NCBI GenBank assembly: GCA_965205655.1
Contig: CBDBIJ010000058.1
Location: 32,001 to 96,000, forward strand
Direction: 5' to 3'
DNA length: 64,000 nucleotides
DNA from: Candidatus Latescibacterota bacterium
Lineage (GTDB): Bacteria; Latescibacterota; UBA2968; UBA8231
In this document: in pieces, positions 28,177 through 36,452 of the stretch
Numbering within the stretch: position 1 is the stretch's first letter
Layout: the number at the start of each line of letters is the position of its first letter
Position numbers and translations under genes: made by a program
Notes under the pieces: generated by a model
Databases searched by the model: none
The model's input: the letters and a program-made list of their open reading frames with translations, nothing else
Told to the model about the DNA's origin: nothing

Positions 28177-31100
28177 TTACTTGAGGAGCATCATTTTGCC
28201 GACGCTGTGGAATCTGTCGGCGGTGAGTCGATAGAAGTAGAGGCCGTTTCCGACGGGTCGGTTGTGCGCATCGGTGCCGTCCCACACGTCGGTGTGGAAG
28301 CCGGCGTGGTGGTCGCCGTCGTCGACGAGGGTTTTCACTTTTTGTCCGAGGACATCGTAGATGACGAGCTCGACCGGTGCGGCCTGGGGCACATCGTAGT
28401 CGATACTCGTGGTGGGGTTGAAGGGGTTGGGGAAGTTGGCCCCGAGTCGAAACTCGGCCGGCCGCAGCTGCGCGGCGACGAGCCGGGCGACGCGATGGAC
28501 GGTGCCGTCGTCGCGGGCGATGACGGCGTTCCTCAGATCGAAGAAGGCGTCGTTCGTGGGGCCTGTCGTGGTGGTGACGAAGACGAGTTCGGCGAGCGGT
28601 CCATGGCCGGAGACGGGCTCGCCGCTGGCCAGGCCGTTGCCGATGACGATGAGCCCGGGGGTGTGGCGGAAGACCTGGAAGAAGGGCGCCTCGCCGCCCT
28701 GCGACTCGAGCAGGTGCCCGGCGCCGGCGCCGGCCCGCTCGAAGCGGACGGCGGTTGGATCGTAGCCGATGACGAGGCCGAAGGCGGTCATCTCTTCGAC
28801 ACCGGTGGCGTCGACGCGCACGGCGATAGGCGCGTGTGTGCGCCCGCCCTCATCGGCGCGGCTGCCGCCCGATGCCTCGAGCCGGATGTGGGCCTGCTCG
28901 TCGAGGAAGTGGGCGAAGGCCCACGGCTTGCCGGCAACCGAGGTGCCGAAGTTGTTGGCGAACTTGAAGAAGTCGTCGAGATCGACGGCCAGATCGCCAT
29001 TGAAGTCGCCCTCGAGCACGACGGCCTGAGCGATGAATTCCTGCGTCGCCGTCCAGTTTCCGATGAGCGAGCCCTCCACGGCGCGCACGCGCCAGTAGTA
29101 GGTCGTCCCATCGGTGAGCTCGCGGGTGATCGTCCAGCCCGTCTGTCCGGCGCCCACATTCCCGGCGCCGGCCAGGATGTCGGATTCGGAGTCGACGACG
29201 TTCGAAAAATCATCGAGCGTGGACACCTGCACCGTGTAGGTCAGGGAGGCGCCGGCGGTGAAGGGCGTCGCATCGCTAAAAACGAACGTCGGTGTGAGGG
29301 CTTCGCCCGAACGCGACAGATCACTGACCAGCGAGGGCGCCATGGTGGCTGTGGGGATGACGGAGGAGGCGTTCGAGGCCACCGAGATGTTGTCGGTGCG
29401 GTCCCACGGCGTTGACTTCGTAGTCGTAGCTCTGGTCGTTGACGAGCCCCAGATCGGTGTAGCTTGCCTCCGCTAGCCCCGAGGCGATGGCCGCGAAATC
29501 GGCCTCGCCGGTCAGCCGTCGCGACAGGGTGTAACTGGCGAAATCGAGCTCGGTGTTGGCATCCCAACTGAGCAGGGCCTGGGCGTTGCCGCTCGTGCCG
29601 GCCAGGTTGGCGGGGGCCGCCGGCCGCGTCCAGGGTGGCAAAGCTGAGCTCGGCGCTGGCGGCGGCCGGGTTGTTGGCCCGGTCGATGGAGCCGGCGGTG
29701 AAAAAGTAGGTCGTGCCCGCCGTCAGGTTCGTCAGAATGACCTCGTGCTCGAGCACATCCTCCACCGAGCCCACCGCCACATCCAACAGACCCGAGGTCG
29801 TGCCGAAGTCGATGAAGCTGTCGGCCAGCTCGTTCGTCGTCCAGGTGATGACGGCCTCCTCATCGGCCGGCTCGAAGAGCACGTTGGAGATCTCGGGCGA
29901 ATCCAGATCAGCCGTCGCATCGGTGGTGAAGGAAAACACCGTTGACTCGCTGGGACCGTTGTTGCTCAAATCCGACGAGGAGACCTTGTAGAAATACTCC
30001 GTGTTCGCCTCCAGGTTCGTCAGCGTGATCTCGTGCTGTGAGGCCGTCTCGGGCAAGCTGCGGATGAAGCCGAGGCCCGGTGTCGGCGCCGAACTCAACT
30101 TCGCCGGTGGACTCCTCGTCCGCCGTCCACTGCACCGTGGCGCTCTCATCGTTTTTGTAGATGATGACCGGGTCACCCAGAGACGGCGCCGTCACGTCGA
30201 TCTCCGGGTCGGTGGTGAACACCGCCATGGCCGACTCCGTAGCCCCGTTCCCAGAGGCGTCCGTCGACGCCACCAGATAACTGTACAACCCTCCCGAAGT
30301 CAGGTTGGTCAGCGTCACCTTATGGTCCGTCTCCATTACTCCCGAGGTTTCCGTTTCCTCTGCGGTGGCCTCAGTGCTGAAACGGACCTCGGTATCGGCG
30401 GGTTCGTCCGTGGTGTACTCGATGATCGCGGTGTCGTGCGTTTTCGACGTCACCGTGGGCCCGGAGAGGATGACGGGAAGCTGGGTGTCGGGGTCGTTGC
30501 TCGTCGTGAAACTGCCGCCACCGCCGGGAGGCTGCTGAACGGCCGCCACCTTCGAACCGCCGCCCGGCTGGTCCTGGCCGATGTATTCACCCGATTGGCC
30601 GCTCGCTGCAGTAAACGTGAGGCCGAAGAAGTAGGATCCGGACAGTCCAGATGCTACGATGCTGTGGCGATGAGAGAATTCGCCATCGGTGAAGACGAAC
30701 TGATCCGCCGTGCCAAAGGTCGTCTCATCACCGACACTGAGTTCGGCGGTCGTGGCGACATCGGTGGCGAACTGGATTACGACGAGCTCATCGGTGACGA
30801 ACGCACGCGGACCGAGAATCAGCTCCGGTTTCGCCGTATCGCCCTCAGCCGGGGTTCTGAACATGAGGTCCCGGCTCCACTGCTCCACCCCCGTAGGGTC
30901 GGTGTCAAAGGTGCGCAGGCCGTCGACGTCTTCCACCGCAAATGCGATCTTGTATCGATATGTCTGCGACGGCTCTATATCGCCAGCCAGGGTGATGTTG
31001 TGACGGGTCGTCGTGGGGCCGGTCGCGGACCAGGTGTAGAGCTCGTCCGAGCTGACATCGCCTTCGCCGTTCTGCAAGATCTTGGCGTTTTCCACCGCTA

Positions 31101-32589
31101 CCGCGTCGTCTGGCACCAACCCGTACGAGAGCGTAGGGGCTATCGGCAGGGGCGTCCGGAACAGGATCCGGACCTCTTCGGGGCCGCGGATCTGGAGGGG
31201 CGGACCGGCCATGCGCAGCGCTTTCCTGAGCAGCCGTGTCGTGATTCTCCTGGTGATGTTGAGGCTGGAAAACTCGGCCGCGAGCGCTGCCGGGATGTCC
31301 TCGGTCATGGCCAGGGACAAGGCGACATCGAGCTGAGTACCCACCGGCAGGTCTTCGATCTTGAAAGCCGTCTCCGTGGCCCCATCCTCGTTCACCTGAT
31401 CTGACGAGACGACTTCGGAGTCGTCCACCCTCGTCACGGTGTAATTCGTCACAACCGGGCGATTCGTGTTGAATCGCACTGCGATGAAGCTGCGGCCTCG
31501 CTGTATGTCCAGATTGTGGGCCAGCAGCCGCCGCAAGTCGGGCGCCAGGCGCGTGTCGAACACCTTTCGCACAAGCGGGCTGATCTGACCACTGAGCCCT
31601 ATCGATCGGATGCTGAGCCGGTAGCGCATGCCGGACTCCAGCACGCCTCGGGTCGGCACAACGTGCTTGCGCTCTCTAAGGAGCTTGACGGCCGTCCTCG
31701 CCTCCGCCAGCAGTGCCGGAACCGGATCGGGGCCGAAGGGGGGCACCGGAAGCCCGAGGGCCTCCCGTACCGTCGCGTCGTCCTCGACGAGGATATCTAT
31801 ACCTTCCGCCTCGAGCTGATTGAGAGCGGCGAGGGCCTCGGGGGCGGATTCAAGCCGGGCTCTAAAGGGACTCTGAAAATTGCCCAAGTTGGCAACGACC
31901 TCACCATCCTCGTCCAGCTTGTCGACGCCGACGACATCGTCGAAGCCCGGAAACCGAGTCTCCCATGAGACGACGCCGAATCTATCACGAAATTGACCTT
32001 CGATATTCGAGATGCTGTTGGGGAAAGCCTGGAGGAGCAGCAACCCAAAGCGACCCAGAGCGAAATTCCTGATATTGAAGTCGGTTGAGGTGCGGTTCAA
32101 CCGCACCTGCACAACCGATATGAACACCCGCTCGTCGCCGGGTACTTTAATTATTTTGAAGAAGAAGCGCCCAAAGAGTCCGCTGCCACTATCGTCATTC
32201 ACGTCTCCGAGCAGGGTTCCACCGGCTTCGACAGAGAAAAGGCCATCCGCACCCACAACAGGGTCGGGGGAAAAGGACTGCATCGGCTCGACATCGCCGA
32301 ACGCACCGGTAGTGCTCGGGTGATCGCCCGGCGAAAATCCGGCGTACTCGAGGAACTCGCCATCGAACTTGAGTCGAACCAAGCCCCCCTTCAGCAGGGA
32401 CGTGCCACTCAGCCGGATGGCCAAAGCGACGAAGTCGTCCACTTCCGGGTTCTTGACACGCCTGATTAGCTCGCCGTTGCCCAAAAAGATCTTGGCCCTC
32501 GCATTGGGGCCCGCCTCGCTGGCCGTGGCAATGAGCGCCAAAGCTGCAGACAACGCCAAACTCCGTTTCAGCAAGCAACTGACAACCAT
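28177..32589 (-). pseudogene. ~1470-codon secreted multidomain protein (cohesin-like, multiple Fn3, dockerin/EF-hand-like, cohesin-like, FlgD-Ig CTD) split by three frameshifts (~30077, ~29622, ~29404); pseudogene or assembly error
   Basis: RBS GAAAGGA before ATG 32589 and signal peptide (LKRSLALSAALALIATASEA). Fn3 text continues across frames (EFGADT/GLGFIRSL; LDAA/AAPANLAG; EVNAV/DRTDNIS). DFNGDLAVDLDDFFKFANNFG; NFPNPFNP...GKMMLLK. Confidence 0.8.
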
Positions 32590-32695
32590 GGATCGAGTCC
32601 TTTCACCGTCTGAGAATCGTCGTTTCTGTCGCCACCGGCCCCAACGAGCCGCCACCAGACATCGGGTGACAGGCGGCTTAGGGGCTGCGCAGAAA

Positions 32696-33652
32696 TTAGT
32701 TGGCATTTAGACAGGTCGGATGAGGCGGTTGAATGGTGTAGTTCCATTGCGGCAAGATCGCGTCGTGTTGAATCTCGATCTGGCGGTAGAGTTCCGTGCT
32801 GATCTTTTTGCCGGTGTCGTAGCGTTTGCGGTTGAGGGTGGCATCGACCGTCAGGCCGGTCTTTGTGGTGGTGGTGCGCAAGTAGTTGAGGATGAGCGCA
32901 TAGGACTCCAGCGGCACCCCGGCCCAGTTGAGGCTGATGAAACTGAAGAGGCGGTGGTCGATGGGATTCCACTTGGAGGCTCCCGGCGGATAGTGACAGA
33001 CCGTGACCGGCAGAGAGTAGCTGTGCACCAGCCGCTGGGACAGACAGTATTTCCACAGGTGCGATTGCGCGCTGTTACTGCCGCCGGTATCGCAGAGGAT
33101 GAGCAACTCGCGCATATCGGGGTGATGATACCAGCCGTAGGTGGTTAGCCAGGTTTCGATGGCGTCGACGGCGAATTCGGCGGTGTCGTGAGAGGTGCCG
33201 ACGACGACCGTACCGGCGTTCCTCTGCGGGTCGTAGATGCCGTAGGGCAGGGCCACGCCAAAAGACTGAGAGCGAAAGTCGTGGGTGAGCACCTCCCGCC
33301 CCATCCAGCACCAGGTTTGCCCGGGGTTGAGGAACAGACCCACCAGCTCGCGTTTCTTGCTGTCGACGCTGATGACGGGCTGGCCCCGGTCCTCAAAGCT
33401 TGCCTTGATGGCACTGAGATGACGAAACTGCTGGTCGCGCTGCGGATGACGGGTCTCCCCGATGCTCTTGCGGTTGCGCTGCAGCGAAAAATTGAGTCGC
33501 TTGAGGCAGGCGGCCACGGTGTTCGGGCTGGCGGCGACCCCTTCGGCGGCCAGCGTCTTGCTCACGGAGCGCGTGCTCTTCCTCGACCACTTCAACCCGG
33601 TCATGGGATCACCGGCCGTGTCGTCGACCAGCAGCGCCTCGATTCGGCTCAT
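32696..33652 (-). CDS. ISAzo13-family DDE transposase, catalytic part
   Basis: TAGDPMTGLKWSRKS, HPQRDQQF, ISVDSKKRELVG, HDF, PYGIYD, HDTAEFAV, DTGGSN, HYPPGASKWNPIDHRLFS, WNYTI. Confidence 0.92.
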   Translation of the reverse strand: MSRIEALLVDDTAGDPMTGLKWSRKSTRSVSKTLAAEGVAASPNTVAACLKRLNFSLQRNRKSIGETRHPQRDQQFRHLSAIKASFEDRGQPVISVDSKKRELVGLFLNPGQTWCWMGREVLTHDFRSQSFGVALPYGIYDPQRNAGTVVVGTSHDTAEFAVDAIETWLTTYGWYHHPDMRELLILCDTGGSNSAQSHLWKYCLSQRLVHSYSLPVTVCHYPPGASKWNPIDHRLFSFISLNWAGVPLESYALILNYLRTTTTKTGLTVDATLNRKRYDTGKKISTELYRQIEIQHDAILPQWNYTIQPPHPTCLNAN

Positions 33653-34391
33653 GAGTTTTTTTTAATGCCGGTCGCCCGGCTCCCACAGCGCGGACGCGAT
33701 CTATGGAAACGCCACCGCTGTGCAATTCCTGCCGTCCCCGAGCCACGGTCTTGACGTTGAGCCCGGTCCAACCCGCGACGATGGTGTCGCCGCCGCGACC
33801 CAGACGCAGCGACTCGAACCCGGCATACAGACGCCGCTGCTTTTCGTTGAGGGTCGCCAGAAAGGCCTGCAGGTGGGGACGCAGGTCGGCCTCCAGACCG
33901 AGGCCCATGAAGGAGACCGCTTCGGCCTGCACCTGCTGCTGGCGGTGCGCCAGTTGCGCGGAGCCGTCGTGCACCGAGACGTACAGGTACTCGCCGCCGA
34001 TCTGGTGGCGCAGCACCCGTCCGCGACGATACAGGCTCAACAGCGCGGCGTGCACCCGCACCCCGAGCACATCCTCCAGCTCGGCGGACACCCAACCGCC
34101 AGCCGCCGCGTCCACCAACTGCGCCATCGTCTCCACCAGCGTACCATGACGCGAAAACCGGATGCCCGTAGAGGACCACAATCCATGGCCATCCCAGCGT
34201 GCGATACGCTCCAGGGTGTAATACCTGCCCGCATGAGAATAACTGCTGTGATAATCCAGCTGGCGCAGCTTGCGCAGCGCCGTCATCTTCACCGGCGTAC
34301 CCAGGGCTGCCTTCACCTGTGCCAGGTCGAGCACCTTGCGCGCGTCGAAGGCCCGCACCAGCTCCTTGGTGGCGTATCGAATCGGTCGCAT
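33609..34391 (-). CDS. IS upstream ORF (N-terminal DNA-binding part of the transposase)
   Basis: SYSHAGRYYTL...GLW...FSRHGTL then LNEKQRRLYAGFESLRLGRGG...TVARGRQEL...RVRAVGAGRP; ends just after an A8 tract overlapping the catalytic ORF. Confidence 0.8.
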   Translation of the reverse strand: MRPIRYATKELVRAFDARKVLDLAQVKAALGTPVKMTALRKLRQLDYHSSYSHAGRYYTLERIARWDGHGLWSSTGIRFSRHGTLVETMAQLVDAAAGGWVSAELEDVLGVRVHAALLSLYRRGRVLRHQIGGEYLYVSVHDGSAQLAHRQQQVQAEAVSFMGLGLEADLRPHLQAFLATLNEKQRRLYAGFESLRLGRGGDTIVAGWTGLNVKTVARGRQELHSGGVSIDRVRAVGAGRPALKKTHEPNRGAAGRRHGR

Positions 34392-34557
34392 ATGTTACCT
34401 TTGGGCCTGGTAGGAGCGGTGTATATACACAATAGTAACATAACGACCAGCCAGGGGCAATGGGACCCCGTGAGAATGAATACCGCCGATACAACCAACC
34501 CATGATTATGTGCTTTCTGATCTCAACAATATCCTCATAATTAATGGACAGCTACTT

Positions 34558-34586
34558 AAAATAACGGAGAATAATACCCCATACAA
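34558..34586 (-). promoter_or_regulatory. Putative leftward sigma70 promoter abutting the IS right end
   Basis: Minus strand TTGTAT-17 nt-TATTTT, with the -10 ending in the TSD. Confidence 0.4.
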
Positions 34587-34650
34587 TCAAGGAAACCCCG
34601 CAACCGAGCGATGTGAGGAATATCACCCGCCAGCCAGGCTCGGCAGAGTC

Positions 34651-34679
34651 TTGCCACTCTCCAGCGCGGGTCGTACCCT
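34651..34679 (+). promoter_or_regulatory. Putative sigma70 promoter for pyrB
   Basis: TTGCCA-17 nt-TACCCT. Confidence 0.45.
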
Positions 34680-34733
34680 ACCCTTGCCCTGGATCCTCCA
34701 GATCGCGTTTCCCCGGGCACTCAGGAGCGGTGA

Positions 34734-35672
34734 ATGGCCAGACTCAGCCACGTCGTCGAGGCGCAGCAGTTCGATCGAGCCCTCATGGGTCAGATTTTCT
34801 CTATCGCCAGGGAGATGGAAGACGTGGTACAGCACTACGGCTCGAATATTCTCAACCGGCGAGTCATGGCCACGCTGTTCTACGAACCGAGCACCCGCAC
34901 ACGGTTGTCTTTCGAGTCGGCGATGAGGCGTCTGGGTGGCGAGGTCATCACTACGGAAAGCGCTCAGGAGTTTTCCTCCGCCGCCAAGGGGGAGACGCTG
35001 GAAGATACGATCCGCATCGTCGCCGGGTACGCCGACGTCATCGTCCTGCGGCACTTCGAAAGTGGCGCCAGCAAAAGGGCGGCAGCGGTATCGCCCGTGC
35101 CCATCCTGAATGCCGGCGACGGCCCCGGCCAGCATCCCACCCAGGCCCTGCTCGACATGTACACGATCGAGAGGGAGCTCGGGCGAGTGGACGGCATATC
35201 GGTGGCGATGGTCGGAGACCTCGCGAACGGCCGCACAGTCCGATCCCTGTGCTACCTGCTGGCCAAATTCTCGGAACCGCGGATCTACTTCGTGTCGCCA
35301 CCTGTCGTCAGCATGGGCGGCGATATCAAGGAGTACCTCTCCCGGCACGGCGTCCAATTCGAAGAAAGAGACGACCTCCTCGATGTGGCCGAGAATGTCG
35401 ATGTCATCTATCAGACTCGAATTCAACGGGAGCGCTTCGGCGATCGCATCCAGGACTACGAACGGGCCCGTGGACAGTACATCATCGACAAGACCGTCCT
35501 CGACCGCATGCAGGCGCACGCCATCGTCATGCACCCGTTGCCCAGAGTGGACGAAATAGTCGCAGCCGAAGTGGACGGCGACGCCAGGGCCGCCTACTTT
35601 CGACAGGCCCACAACGGACTCTACGTTCGCATGGCCCTGCTGCGGATGGTTCTGGCCGAAGGAACCTCCTGA
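34734..35672 (+). CDS. pyrB: Aspartate carbamoyltransferase catalytic subunit
   Basis: FYEPSTRTRLSFE, KGETLEDT, NAGDG..QHPTQALLD, TRIQRERF, MHPLPR. Confidence 0.97.
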   Translation: MARLSHVVEAQQFDRALMGQIFSIAREMEDVVQHYGSNILNRRVMATLFYEPSTRTRLSFESAMRRLGGEVITTESAQEFSSAAKGETLEDTIRIVAGYADVIVLRHFESGASKRAAAVSPVPILNAGDGPGQHPTQALLDMYTIERELGRVDGISVAMVGDLANGRTVRSLCYLLAKFSEPRIYFVSPPVVSMGGDIKEYLSRHGVQFEERDDLLDVAENVDVIYQTRIQRERFGDRIQDYERARGQYIIDKTVLDRMQAHAIVMHPLPRVDEIVAAEVDGDARAAYFRQAHNGLYVRMALLRMVLAEGTS

Positions 35673-35757
35673 CAGGCCTTGGAGCCGCGACGTTTCACAA
35701 TTAATAGCAAGAAGGGCGCGAGGACTGTCTGCGTCCTGAGAGAGGATTGGATATCGA

Positions 35758-35871
35758 ATGTCATCGAGTAAAGGCAGAGAGCGGGAGAAGGAGCTCAGGC
35801 GCCGACGCAAACGGCGCGAGAAGCGTTTGAAAACGCGCATCAAGGAAGCGAAGGCGGCAGCCCGGAAATAG
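35758..35871 (+). CDS. 37-aa highly basic small protein (below the ORF-track cutoff)
   Basis: MSSSKGREREKELRRRRKRREKRLKTRIKEAKAAARK; RBS-like GAGAGGA upstream; terminator downstream. Confidence 0.65.
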   Translation: MSSSKGREREKELRRRRKRREKRLKTRIKEAKAAARK

Positions 35872-35957
35872 AGGCGGCTCGATACCGGCGCGCCCGAGAC
35901 ACGGCCGCATCACACCCGATCGCGCCGAGCCATCAGCAGTTTCGACGCGCCAGCGTC

Positions 35958-35991
35958 AAGAGTGGACGAGTCCTGTCTGCTCTTTTTTTTT
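35958..35991 (+). terminator. Rho-independent terminator
   Basis: GAGTGGAC-loop-GTCTGCTC stem (two G-U pairs) followed by T9. Confidence 0.65.
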
Positions 35992-36026
35992 GGGGCGCCC
36001 TAGGCCCGTGGCGATCAAGAAGGATA

Positions 36027-36452
36027 ATGACTGAACAGCTTCGAATAGGCATCGCCGGAGCCAGTGGGATCGGCAGGCATCACGCCAAATGGCACCACTT
36101 CTGGGGGTGCGATGTCGTGGCCTTCGCCGGCACATCGCTGCGCAGCTGCGAGCAGACGCTGTCCGACTTGTTTGGATTTTCGGGGCGGAGCTACTGCGAC
36201 CTGCAGCAGCTTCTGTCCGAAGAGCGGCCCGCCGTGCTGGATATCTGCACACCGGACGAACTACACTTCGATTGTGCGCTGGCAGCGCTGAGACACGGAG
36301 ATACACAAACACTGGGTACGGACTTCATGTCCGCGCTCATCAGGCAGTTCACAACGGCGGTCGTGGGGGCCGAGTCAGCGCCCCTCGTGCCGGGGATGAC
36401 GGCACTCAAGAACCTGAGCCTGCAACTTCAAGTCCTGAAGGCCGCCTCGTAA
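36027..36452 (+). pseudogene. Internally deleted Gfo/Idh/MocA oxidoreductase remnant
   Basis: IGIAGASGIGRHH...DICTPDELHFDCALAALRHG, then straight to a C-terminal-like segment; no EKP motif; only 141 aa. Confidence 0.65.

Larger units (their letters stand above)
32681..34555 (-). mobile_element. ISAzo13-family insertion sequence (~1875 bp) with TTA target-site duplication
   Basis: Imperfect terminal IRs GGGGCTGCGCAGAAATTA / GTAGCTGTCCATTAATTA (12/18); TTA at 32678-32680 and 34556-34558; transposase inside. Confidence 0.8.

Noticed and set aside
28156..31404. Long plus-strand ORFs (419 aa, 467 aa) opposite the surface-protein gene
   Set aside because: Antisense shadows typical of high-GC codon usage; no motifs.
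33649..34503. 284-aa alternative-frame ORF within the IS
   Set aside because: Low-complexity G/A/R-rich translation; the overlapping 260-aa frame has the transposase motifs.
36089..36451. N-terminal extensions in ORF-track calls (GT-C, mcsA, mcsB, rimI, malK-like, SBP, oppB, lamin-tail protein)
   Set aside because: The extensions overlap upstream genes; coupled or RBS-supported downstream starts fit better.
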